Source of the DNA: a virus
Lineage: Duplodnaviria > Caudoviricetes
DNA length: 37,931 bases
Reading direction: 5' to 3' (one strand)
Virus record (IMG/VR): IMGVR_UViG_3300048575_000434
Span: 1 to 37,931 of that record
Notes under the pieces: generated by a model
Told to the model about the DNA's origin: nothing
Databases searched by the model: none
What the model saw: the letters and a program-made list of their open reading frames with translations, nothing else
Translations under genes and position numbers: made by a program
Shown: positions 1-8,336 of the stretch, one piece after another
How the letters are laid out: every line of letters begins with the position of its first letter
How positions within the stretch are numbered: position 1 is the first letter of the stretch

Positions 1-405
1 TCAGATGCCCTCGGGTTCGGGCTCCGGGTGGCCGATGAGGTCGAGCTGGCCGGCCGCAGCTGCCTCCTTGTTCTGGGCCTTGATCTTCTCGCGGATGCGC
101 GCGATCAGCTTACCCATGCCGCGTGGCGTCATGCCGTACTTGCGGGCCAGCTCGTCCTTGTTGCGGCCATTGAACTGGTCGTAGATCTCCAGCTCCTTGA
201 GCGTCAGCTTGTATTGGACGTCCTTCGGGAACGACACCACCTGGCCGGCCCAGTAGGTGCTCAGGTAGTCCACCACCATCGAGGCGGTGACAGAAGCAGC
301 GTCCGGCGCTGCATCCATCTCCACGAGCTGGCGCGCGATCACGTCCTGCAGCTCTTCGAGCAGCTCATGGCGCTTGAGCGCCATGCGTGTAGCTTCGATG
401 CTCAC
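1..405 (-). CDS. mor: Mor/C-family transcription activator
   Basis: Motifs YWAGQVVSFPK and EIYDQFNGRNKDELARKYGMT; last gene of the early operon, after gemA. Confidence 0.9.
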   Translation of the reverse strand: MSIEATRMALKRHELLEELQDVIARQLVEMDAAPDAASVTASMVVDYLSTYWAGQVVSFPKDVQYKLTLKELEIYDQFNGRNKDELARKYGMTPRGMGKLIARIREKIKAQNKEAAAAGQLDLIGHPEPEPEGI

Positions 406-1073
406 CGCGTCGCCTCCTGGGGCGCGAGAACCGCCAAATCAGCCGCTACAGGCCGCCCCAGCGCCCCCATGAGGCATTCCCACGCCCACCAGTGCATATC
501 GAAGCCTTGCCCCCGGTTGAGGTACTCCTGCGCCTTCATCGCCAGCTCGGCCTGGCCGGGCGTCAAGGGCTTTGCGCGATGGGCGGCGATCACTTCCTCG
601 CGCAGCGCAGCCACGGCGGCGGGTAGAAACCGCATGGCCCACTTCTTGAGCGTCTCGATCAGGGCGTCGATGGTGCTGCCGCGCGCCCAGCGCAGATCGT
701 CCACCTTGGCGATGCGCTTGACGTATGCCGCCAGGGCGCGCTCGCTCGGGTCCTTCACCACGCCCAGAGCATGCAGAAACAGCCACAGCGCCCGCACCTT
801 GGAAGCATCCCGGTTGATCGTCTGGGTGCGATCTCCAGCGGCCTTGCGCGTTTGGAAGCCGGCCTGCTTGAACCGCTCCATCGCCTTCTTGAGGTCCGAG
901 TAGCTCATGTCGGCCGCAGAGTCGTGGCGACCATCCGAGGCCGCGCGCAGGATGTCCCGGTAGCCGGGCTCGTCGAGATGGCCAGCGCGTTCCAGGTCGC
1001 GGCGCGCCACGTGGATAAGTTTGATGAGGCGGGCGCGGCCGGCGTCGGCAGAGGGCTTTTGCATTGTCGTCAT
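402..1073 (-). CDS. gemA: GemA / Mu gp16 (DUF1018) family protein
   Basis: LIKLIHVARRDL...YRDIL...F and KVRALW...LIETLKKW motifs; start chosen at ATG 1073 (alternative GTG 1100). Confidence 0.88.
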   Translation of the reverse strand: MTTMQKPSADAGRARLIKLIHVARRDLERAGHLDEPGYRDILRAASDGRHDSAADMSYSDLKKAMERFKQAGFQTRKAAGDRTQTINRDASKVRALWLFLHALGVVKDPSERALAAYVKRIAKVDDLRWARGSTIDALIETLKKWAMRFLPAAVAALREEVIAAHRAKPLTPGQAELAMKAQEYLNRGQGFDMHWWAWECLMGALGRPVAADLAVLAPQEATR

Positions 1074-1134
1074 GGCATCGTCGTCCAGGTGGCTCACCAC
1101 AGCCCCCAGCAGGGGCTGCAGAAAGCCGGCTGGA

Positions 1135-1407
1135 TCAGTTCAGGGCATCCTTGAAGCCCTTGCCGGCCGTGAACTTGGGCGCCTTGCTGGCCTTGATCTT
1201 CACCGGCTCGCCCGTGCGAGGGTTGCGCCCCATGCGGGCTGCTCGCTTGGTCACGGTGAAGGCGCCAAAGCCCACCAGCGTCACGCTGCCGCCCTTCTTC
1301 AGGGTGGACTTGATGGCCTCGGTGGCCGCGTCCAGGGCCGCACCTGCGGCGGTTTTGGAGATACCGGCCTGGTCGGCCATACGTTCGATCAATTCAGACT
1401 TGTTCAT
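1135..1407 (-). CDS. hup: HU family DNA-binding protein (90 aa)
   Basis: MNKSELI...VTLVGFGAFTVTKRAARMGRNPRTGE...PKFTAGKGFKDALN is a typical HU sequence. Confidence 0.96.
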   Translation of the reverse strand: MNKSELIERMADQAGISKTAAGAALDAATEAIKSTLKKGGSVTLVGFGAFTVTKRAARMGRNPRTGEPVKIKASKAPKFTAGKGFKDALN

Positions 1408-1430
1408 GGTCACTTTCAAGGGTTGAAGAA

Positions 1431-1565
1431 TCCCGGTGAGCGGCACCGGGGACCGGATCGGGCAGCGCCTGGAGGTGAAGGCACTCACGACCTGCGGTAG
1501 TTGATGGAAGGCACGGGCACACACCGCTTATCCCACCGGCCTGACGCGCCCCAGGGCGGCCGGTG
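1431..1565 (-). ncRNA. Candidate structured RNA in the HU leader (four hairpins)
   Basis: Stems 1432-1438/1444-1450, 1465-1470/1479-1484, 1494-1498/1523-1527 and 1534-1541/1558-1565 in a 170-nt gap of an otherwise tightly packed operon. Confidence 0.4.
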
Positions 1566-1577
1566 CGCGTGGGCTCA

Positions 1578-2045
1578 CTACGAAAAGCCTTTGGCGAAGA
1601 CCACGCCGTCGCGCCCTTTGCGGCTTCGGGTCGACTTGCCACACCAGGTGAGCCATGCTCCTAGCGCATCGCCCTTCGTCTCCTGAGTTTCCGCCTCGGG
1701 CACGCCGGGCACGAGCAGCTCTCCACGGCTGTTCCCCATTCCACGCCGAGCGAACTCGGACAAGCAGCCCATCAGCGCGTATTTGGGGCCTCGCGCGATC
1801 TCGATGGCGCCGCTGCCGTCAGGCCCATCCGCCGGCATTGCCTCGCCAACTTCAATGAGGCCCGTGGCCCAGCACCATGCGACCTGCGGCGAGCAGTCGT
1901 AAAAGCTGTTGCAGCCACAGCAGGGGCATACCGACTCGGACATGGCGATGGCACCTGCCTTGCCACGGGGGACCTGCCGACGCTCGGATTCCATGTGCTC
2001 ATTGCGGCAGCGCGTGCACTTCACTGGAATGTTGGTGCGGGCCAT
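1578..2045 (-). CDS. Mu-like early protein with N-terminal zinc ribbon
   Basis: CTRC...CPCCGC followed by AWCWATGLIEVG...LLVPGVPEA, a motif I recognise from Mu-like semi-essential region proteins. Confidence 0.7.
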   Translation of the reverse strand: MARTNIPVKCTRCRNEHMESERRQVPRGKAGAIAMSESVCPCCGCNSFYDCSPQVAWCWATGLIEVGEAMPADGPDGSGAIEIARGPKYALMGCLSEFARRGMGNSRGELLVPGVPEAETQETKGDALGAWLTWCGKSTRSRKGRDGVVFAKGFS

Positions 2046-2308
2046 CAGATGCCTCCTTTCAACAGCGCACTGCGCTTATCCACGGACGCCTGAGCCGCCG
2101 CGCCGGATTCGATCAAGAAATTACCGTTCGCACGCGGTGCGATGGGTACGCACCGCCGGCCATTGGTGTCCATAGCCAACGTGCACGGGACGGAGCCGCG
2201 CAGCAGACCAGGGGCAGCGCCCGTGGCTCGCGGACGCTGGACAGCGGAAGGCATGGTGGCGTTGCCGCGCGGGCGCACCGTCTGGAAGGCATTGAGAGGA
2301 CGGTTCAT
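2045..2308 (-). CDS. Hypothetical early protein (87 aa)
   Basis: ATG 2308 overlaps the upstream stop; its stop overlaps the next start; GGAGG upstream. Confidence 0.55.
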   Translation of the reverse strand: MNRPLNAFQTVRPRGNATMPSAVQRPRATGAAPGLLRGSVPCTLAMDTNGRRCVPIAPRANGNFLIESGAAAQASVDKRSALLKGGI

Positions 2309-2909
2309 GCAGTCCTCCACACACGAATGCCGTCTTCGACCTTGCGGCTGGAAAGCTCCTTGCCGGTCTCGTCTTTGAATGCCTTCATGGCTGTACCAAT
2401 CGCAGACTTGGCCGCGCTGGGCAGCAAGAACGAATCGCCCACTTCGAGCTTTCCCAACAGGGGCGCCCAGTCGATGGCCCGAGCGCCTCGGCCGGGGATC
2501 GGTACGCCCTTGTCGATCTGCACTGTGCTGACGTCGATGTAGAACGGTGCAGAGCGCTTCTTTTCCGTGCCAGGAGGCGCGGGAATCGCGGGGGGGCGCC
2601 ACGTTGGCCACGGCCCTCGGCTGAGGCTTGGCCCTTGCGCTCCAGCCAGCCATGGAAGCCGCTGGCGGCTGGCGCCGGTGTGGCGGCCTTGCCCACCGTG
2701 TAGACGAGTTCACCGCTTTCTATGTCTTCGCGGCGCGCCAGCAGGCCGGCTTGCACGGCAGACCCCAGCAGGGTGTGGACGTTGCGCCGGTCGCAATCGC
2801 ACTTCGCCGAGATCAGGTCGGCGTCGAGCTGCTCATCCTGATTGGCCTGGAGGAACTGGATCACCTTCCAGGCCACAGAGCCTTCACGTGGGGTGTAGGA
2901 CGTGGTCAT
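2305..2909 (-). CDS. Winged-helix-like plus small DNA-binding-like domain protein, split by a frameshift at a C7 tract
   Basis: ORF from 2909 (wHTH-like) and ORF 2305-2523 (IDKGVPIP...LEVGDSF...IRVWR) join into 201 aa if one base is added at 2590-2596. Confidence 0.55.
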
Positions 2910-3376
2910 TCTGCACTGCCTTCCTTGGCTTTGAACCGTTCAAGATCGGCCTGGTGTCGCTCGCTCGCCCATTCAAGGCCGAGCATCCACGCCTGCTCCA
3001 ATGTCTCGGCGTACACCCAGCGGGTGTAGCTGATGCCGTGGCCCGACCTCCATGAGTTTTCTGAGCGGTATTCACGCTGCGGCGTCGCAAGACGCAAAGC
3101 CACCCCAAAAGAGCACTCGGCCAGAGATTCGCCGGCTTGCGGTATGGACACTTCTGAATCGTCACCTTTGTCAAACCAAGCGCGGGCCCGCTCTGTCAGG
3201 GGCGCCAAGGACGGATGCTTGGTCTCATCATCCAGAAGGTGCTCGATGAATTCGCCCAGCGGCTCGAAAGTGGAGGTGCCGTCATAGGCCTCCGTGGCAA
3301 GCTGGCTTGCCAAGTCCACCACTACTTCGATTCGCAGGTCTGCCTCAAAGGCCTCGGTTGCGCGTTGCTTGCTCAT
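2906..3376 (-). CDS. Hypothetical phage protein (156 aa)
   Basis: ATGA-coupled to both neighbours; globular-looking composition. Confidence 0.7.
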   Translation of the reverse strand: MSKQRATEAFEADLRIEVVVDLASQLATEAYDGTSTFEPLGEFIEHLLDDETKHPSLAPLTERARAWFDKGDDSEVSIPQAGESLAECSFGVALRLATPQREYRSENSWRSGHGISYTRWVYAETLEQAWMLGLEWASERHQADLERFKAKEGSAE

Positions 3377-3990
3377 ACCGCCACCATGTCCAGAGGGATG
3401 GCCACATAGCGATCCGTGTCGCCCACGCGCTTGTAGACCCGCACGTACTGCTTCGTGCCGACCACCTGCACCGATTCGGCGATGGCCTGCATTGCCGACT
3501 TCCAGCGGGCGTCGGTGATCTCCAGCCGGCGCAGCTCCAGGATGCGGCCGACGTTGAGGTTGCCCTCCTTGTCGGTCTGGAAGGCCTTTTGCACCAGCAC
3601 CATGATCTCGGGTCGGCTGTCCTTCGCCCACTCGTTGATGCACTCGTCCACCAGCGCTTTGGCCGCCTGCAGACGCTCGTCGAAGGTGATGTTCTCAGCC
3701 GTCGCGATCTGCAGCTTGAACGCGCCGTCGTAGGTGTGCAGCGTGATATTGCCCTTCTTGCCGCCGCGCTTCACGCCGTACTGTTCGGCGCTCAGGTCGG
3801 CGAAGGCGCTCACATCGCCAAAGCACTTGAGCTTGAACGCAACGAGCCGGGCGTTCAGGTCCTGTGCCAGGGTGACAAGCTCGCGCACCAGGCGGTCGCG
3901 TTCCTGGTCCACGGGCTTGACCAGGTTGATGGGGACCAGATGGCCTTGCGCGTTGCGCATGAAGCCTTCGGGGACAGTGGATTGATCCAT
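3373..3990 (-). CDS. DUF3164 family protein of Mu-like phages
   Basis: GFMRNAQGHLVP...GGKKGNITL...FDERLQAAKALVDEC...K.YVRVY pattern; AAAGGAG Shine-Dalgarno before ATG 3990. Confidence 0.88.
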   Translation of the reverse strand: MDQSTVPEGFMRNAQGHLVPINLVKPVDQERDRLVRELVTLAQDLNARLVAFKLKCFGDVSAFADLSAEQYGVKRGGKKGNITLHTYDGAFKLQIATAENITFDERLQAAKALVDECINEWAKDSRPEIMVLVQKAFQTDKEGNLNVGRILELRRLEITDARWKSAMQAIAESVQVVGTKQYVRVYKRVGDTDRYVAIPLDMVAV

Positions 3991-4003
3991 GGAGAAGCTC
4001 CTT

Positions 4004-4294
4004 TCAGTGGATGGATGCGCCCGCAGGCACGGTTTGAGGGGCGGCGGAAGCCTTGAGCAGGTCGCCTGCGACACTGGCGAGCGCCATGGAGCACATGCCC
4101 ATGGCTTCTGGCGGCAGCATCTGCGCGTGAAAGCGGTACAGCAGAATCAGCGCTTCCATCACAACCACGGTGCGCATCTGCGGTTCTTTCGGGCGCAGCA
4201 CCTGGTCGATGATTTCCGCCGCCAGCACAGCGCCTTGCTCACGCAGCTGAGCAGCGGTCATGGTCTGCGCGTGCTCCTGAGCAGTGGATTTCAT
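4004..4294 (-). CDS. Hypothetical protein (96 aa)
   Basis: Coupled ORF within the early operon. Confidence 0.65.
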   Translation of the reverse strand: MKSTAQEHAQTMTAAQLREQGAVLAAEIIDQVLRPKEPQMRTVVVMEALILLYRFHAQMLPPEAMGMCSMALASVAGDLLKASAAPQTVPAGASIH

Positions 4295-4908
4295 GGCGTT
4301 TCGCCTTTCGTGCGGTTGAGCTGCGCGCGCATGGCGCGCACCAGGGGGGAAGTGCCAGCAGGTGCCGGCGCGGCCGGTGCGGGGCGGGCTGTTGCAGGTG
4401 CCGGCACGCCCTGCATCAGGTCTGCCACGCTGGCCGGGCCGTGGGTGGTGGCGGCGCGCGGGCCGGTGCGGCGGTCCTGTTCGCGCTGCGCCTCCTGCGC
4501 TGCCTCGGCCTGGTCGGCCTTGCGGGTGAGCACCTGGTACAGGTAGCCGTTGCCTTGCAGAGGCAGCTGCAGGGTGCCCTTGTCCACGGCGGAGAACACC
4601 GCGTCGAAGGCACCGCGCCAGTCGTCCAGGCAGACGGTCCAGGCGCGGCCGTGGCGCTCGATCACGTTGCGCTGCATGTCCGTCACCAGCTCGGTGAGCA
4701 GCTCCTGCAGGCGCGCCATGCGCAGCCGCTGCTTGGGCGGCTTGTGCAGGCGGATGTAGCGCACCAGCGCGGCGCCCAGCGGCAGGGACAGCTTCAGCGT
4801 GTCATGGATCAGGCGGCGCACCGTGTCGTCGTCGATCATGCGCAGGATCAGCACGTCCAGGCCCTCTTCGGCCCCGCACACCTGACAGGTGTTGGTCCAG
4901 TCGGCCAT
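4291..4908 (-). CDS. Conserved Mu-like phage protein with N-terminal CxxC
   Basis: CQVCGAE...LVRYIRLHKPPKQRL...LPLQGNGYLYQV; TGATG coupling at 4908. Confidence 0.75.
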   Translation of the reverse strand: MADWTNTCQVCGAEEGLDVLILRMIDDDTVRRLIHDTLKLSLPLGAALVRYIRLHKPPKQRLRMARLQELLTELVTDMQRNVIERHGRAWTVCLDDWRGAFDAVFSAVDKGTLQLPLQGNGYLYQVLTRKADQAEAAQEAQREQDRRTGPRAATTHGPASVADLMQGVPAPATARPAPAAPAPAGTSPLVRAMRAQLNRTKGETP

Positions 4909-5132
4909 CAGAGCAGTCCCCCAGATTGGCGGCGCGCGGCGGCGCGGTCCTTCTCGCTGAGAAAGCCCAGGCACATCTGCTGTCCCAGGTGCATGCCGGC
5001 GGTGTGGGCGCCGTCAAGCTGCTGGTCAGAGGGCAGCCGGGCGATCACGGCCACCAGGGCCAGTAGCAGGGCCACCACCGCGACGCCGAGCCAGGCCACC
5101 AGGGCCGTCATGGGATGCACGCGGCGCTTCAT
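4908..5132 (-). CDS. Small single-pass membrane protein
   Basis: Hydrophobic stretch ALVAWLGVAVVALLLALVAVIA; coupled on both sides. Confidence 0.65.
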   Translation of the reverse strand: MKRRVHPMTALVAWLGVAVVALLLALVAVIARLPSDQQLDGAHTAGMHLGQQMCLGFLSEKDRAAARRQSGGLL

Positions 5133-5281
5133 GCGGTCACCCTGCGGGGTACCACTGCGGCCACGTGGTCCAGGTTCGAGCCCAGCACCGCGTCGATGGC
5201 CTCCCAGTCGCTGCGGAACAGGCCGCGCATGCGACCCTTGGAGCCATCGTCCATGTGGATGATGAGAAGGTAGGCGCGCAT
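5129..5281 (-). CDS. Hypothetical protein (50 aa)
   Basis: MRAYLLIIHMDDGS... fills the gap between the ATPase and the next gene; stop overlaps the next ATG. Confidence 0.6.
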   Translation of the reverse strand: MRAYLLIIHMDDGSKGRMRGLFRSDWEAIDAVLGSNLDHVAAVVPRRVTA

Positions 5282-5283
5282 GG

Positions 5284-6525
5284 TCAGCCCCCCCGCACGG
5301 CGGCAGCGATCAGGGCCGCGTTGACCTTGGGCGCGCTGATCTTCACGGCCTCGTTCATGGCCCGGGTGACCAGGTTGTTGATCGCCAGCGGAAAGCACAG
5401 CGACCGCTCCCGCGCCTGGCGCTGCCCGCGCACCGTCTCGTTCACCGACTGGCGCAGCGTGGCGCGGATCGCCTCGACGGCATCCGGGGCGAACACCGCG
5501 TCGAACTCCAGGCCGATCCGGGCCAACTTGTGGCGCAGGTAGGACTCCACATGGTTGTCCAGCGGCGGCAGCTTTACCAGCTCGCACCGCTGCACCACTT
5601 CGCGCACTTCCGGGTTGTGCTCCGACAGCTTGTGCTCCAGCTCCGTCTGCCCGATCAGGATGATGGCCAGCAGCTTCTTGAAGCCGTCCTGCAGCTCGTA
5701 AAACCGCTTGAGGTGCTTCAGCGTGGGCACCGCCAGGGCGTGCGCCTCTTCGATGATGAGCACATGGCGCTGCCCCACCTGGGCGCTGGCCTTCAGGATG
5801 TTGTGCATCTGCGCGGCGCGGTCCTGAAGCACCTGGCGCAGCGGCGTTCCTGGGGCCACGTTTCGGATCACGGCACCGGTAATGTCCGCCGCCATCAGCG
5901 CCTTGCCCTTGCGGTGGCTGTCCTCCATGCCGATCACGTAGGGCTCGATGACCGTCACGCGCTCGCCCGTCTGGTTGATCCAGTCGATCAAGTCCTGGCG
6001 CAGCGTGCTCTTGCCGCCGCCGGACTCGGCCACCACGGCCAGCATGCCGCCGTGCTTGGCCGTCTGGCGCATGGCCGCACGCACATAGCGAATGTCGTCA
6101 GTGATGTACACATCCGCGTCCTCGTTCATCTCGTTGATGAACGGGTCGCGCGGCACGCGGAAGTGCTGCCGCGCCGCAGATGAAAGGGAATGGTGCCGTA
6201 GTAGCATGAAAGGGTCCTCTCCTTGGTTGTCGCCTGGTTGGGGGCCGGAGTGAGTGGCTTGCGCCATCGCCTGCAGCTCAGCGTTGGCGCGCTGGGCTGC
6301 AGGTGCTTCGTCAAACGTCCGTGCCACCGTCTCCGGTGGGACGCCGTTCGCCGTCAGGTAGGCGCAGATGCGCTCGCGCAAGAGCTGCTCGCTCAGGCCG
6401 CGCGTCTTGGGCCAGATTCGGTAGTTGATGATTTGGGTCACCGCCGCAGGGCTCACGCCGATATGGCGTGCCAGGTGGGATTGGTTGCGGCCTATGGCGC
6501 CCAGGTCACCGCGCAGATTCATCAT
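5284..6525 (-). CDS. Transposition AAA+ ATPase (MuB/ExeA-like) with N-terminal HTH
   Basis: Walker A AESGGGKS, Walker B LIIEEAH, IILIGQTEL; N-terminal QSHLARHIGVSPAAVTQIIN helix-turn-helix; directly downstream of the transposase. Confidence 0.92.
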   Translation of the reverse strand: MMNLRGDLGAIGRNQSHLARHIGVSPAAVTQIINYRIWPKTRGLSEQLLRERICAYLTANGVPPETVARTFDEAPAAQRANAELQAMAQATHSGPQPGDNQGEDPFMLLRHHSLSSAARQHFRVPRDPFINEMNEDADVYITDDIRYVRAAMRQTAKHGGMLAVVAESGGGKSTLRQDLIDWINQTGERVTVIEPYVIGMEDSHRKGKALMAADITGAVIRNVAPGTPLRQVLQDRAAQMHNILKASAQVGQRHVLIIEEAHALAVPTLKHLKRFYELQDGFKKLLAIILIGQTELEHKLSEHNPEVREVVQRCELVKLPPLDNHVESYLRHKLARIGLEFDAVFAPDAVEAIRATLRQSVNETVRGQRQARERSLCFPLAINNLVTRAMNEAVKISAPKVNAALIAAAVRGG

Positions 6526-6535
6526 GTGGTGCACC

Positions 6536-8323
6536 TCACACGGCACGCAGGCCACCAGCGGCCCGCAGGGGTTGATCGACCGGGGCCTGGTACTGCGCGA
6601 TCAGCGCGTCCACCTGGTCCTCTGGCACGCCCGCGTCGTAGCGCCGCATGAAGAAGGCGTTTTCTTCGGGGGAGAGGTTGCGGCCAATGGCACCTGCGAT
6701 GCGCAGCATCGCCGTCACCGGGTCCAGCATTTCCGGGCCTGCAGGGGCGGCGTGCGTCGGCGTCTCGATGGCCGTGCCCTGGCGCGGCAGGTAGGCCGGC
6801 AGTTTGATGTCCTGCAGGTAGCTGTGCGCGTCGAGCTTCCCCTCGAAGGGCGTGGCCCGCTTGGCGCGCGCTGTCTTCACCTCGTCGGCGTTCATGCCCG
6901 GGTAAGCAACACCGTCCATGGCCGTGGCCGCATGCTCGGTCTGGGTCTTGGCCGTGCGCTTGTATTCGGCGCCGATCTCCGCCGCATCGGCGCGCTGGCC
7001 GAAGGTGTCGAACTCCACGTTCGGCTCCACCCGGTAGATCAGCGCCTCGCCGTCGTAGCGCGGCACCTGTACCTGGATGGCGCACTCGCCGTAGATCAAC
7101 CCGCGCACCAGCACCGTGTCGCCCACGTTGATACCATCCAGGCCGCGCAGGCTGTAGGGCAGCGTGCGCTCGGCAGCCGGGTGGCGGAAGGTGATCGACA
7201 GGTCAGGCTTGACCTGGCGTTCTTCCTCCTTGCTGCGCATGAACGCCTGGCATACTTCCACGGGCGGCAGCACGCGCAGTTGCTCGGGCGTGATGAGCTG
7301 CCACAGGTCGTAGCGCGCCATCGGGGCGGCCAGGCCTGGGCGGCGCAAGCGCGTGTCCTGCCCTGGAATCAGGTTGGCGTTGTAGGCGTTGGCCCAGGCG
7401 AACGCGGCGGCATTGAGCTGCTCCACGTTCTCCACGGGCTGGAAGCGCAGGCGGCTCTCGAACTGCGTCTCCACGATGTTGTTGCCGTTCTCCCCGCCCC
7501 CTTTCACGCGGGCGTTGCCCGCTTCGTGGGTGATGTGGTTCACGCCCAGCGCGTCCAGCAGCGAGCGCACCGCCGCCGAAGTGTTGGCGCTGCCCTTGTC
7601 CCACAGCAGATGCAGCGGCACCCCATGCGTGGGGCGGCCAGCCTGCAGGCCCCAGGCGAACATCAGGAACTTGAACAGGTTGTGCTGATCCTCACCCGCC
7701 GCCTCGGTGTACCAGGGCACCAAGGAGGCGCAGGCCCGGTCGTATGCCACATAGCGGTAGCACTTGAACTTGACCTTTGCCAGCCGGTCCAGCTTGTTCT
7801 TGTAGAACTCGTCGTCGCGGATGATGTACTGGCGCCCCTTGAGGTAATACACCAGGCACAGCGAGGGGTCGATTTCATGGGTGTGGTTGGGGTGCGGCGC
7901 GCGAAGGGCTTGCACCGGGTCGGCCACGCGCTGCGCCGCCACGTTGAGCTTGCGGTCGCGCAACAGCTTGTTGAGCTGCCCGTTGCTCACGCCAAAGGCG
8001 TGCCCGTTCTGCTCCAGGATGCCGCGTGCGGTGGTGGTGAACAGGGTCTGCTTGCCGTTGGCGCGGATGGCCTCGCGCTGCGCAGCGCCCAGCGTCACCA
8101 GGGCTTCAGGCGCCACGCTGGTGCTGCCCTTGTCGCAGCGGGTCTTGCGGTCAGACGACCAGCCCGCCACCGTCTTCAGGTGCCGGTAGACCGTAGATGC
8201 AGACAGGCCCAGGAACTCGCCGGCCTCGCGCACCAGCGCAGTCCCCGTTCCATGCTCTGCAGCGTCCAGCCGCCTTGCGAGCTGGCGCACATACTCGCAG
8301 GCTTCGGGGGAGAGTGCGGCCAT
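6536..8323 (-). CDS. DDE transposase (MuA/B3-like)
   Basis: Candidate catalytic residues in HEIDPS, WDKGSAN and KGGGENGN; N-terminal HTH; GAGGTG Shine-Dalgarno before ATG 8323. Confidence 0.92.
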   Translation of the reverse strand: MAALSPEACEYVRQLARRLDAAEHGTGTALVREAGEFLGLSASTVYRHLKTVAGWSSDRKTRCDKGSTSVAPEALVTLGAAQREAIRANGKQTLFTTTARGILEQNGHAFGVSNGQLNKLLRDRKLNVAAQRVADPVQALRAPHPNHTHEIDPSLCLVYYLKGRQYIIRDDEFYKNKLDRLAKVKFKCYRYVAYDRACASLVPWYTEAAGEDQHNLFKFLMFAWGLQAGRPTHGVPLHLLWDKGSANTSAAVRSLLDALGVNHITHEAGNARVKGGGENGNNIVETQFESRLRFQPVENVEQLNAAAFAWANAYNANLIPGQDTRLRRPGLAAPMARYDLWQLITPEQLRVLPPVEVCQAFMRSKEEERQVKPDLSITFRHPAAERTLPYSLRGLDGINVGDTVLVRGLIYGECAIQVQVPRYDGEALIYRVEPNVEFDTFGQRADAAEIGAEYKRTAKTQTEHAATAMDGVAYPGMNADEVKTARAKRATPFEGKLDAHSYLQDIKLPAYLPRQGTAIETPTHAAPAGPEMLDPVTAMLRIAGAIGRNLSPEENAFFMRRYDAGVPEDQVDALIAQYQAPVDQPLRAAGGLRAV

Positions 8324-8336
8324 GTCTTGGGTCACC

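Noticed and set aside
1465-1686. GGAGGTGA at 1471 as RBS for plus-strand ORF 1501-1686
   Set aside because: More than 20 nt from the start codon, and the ORF has no protein-like features and overlaps a supported minus-strand gene
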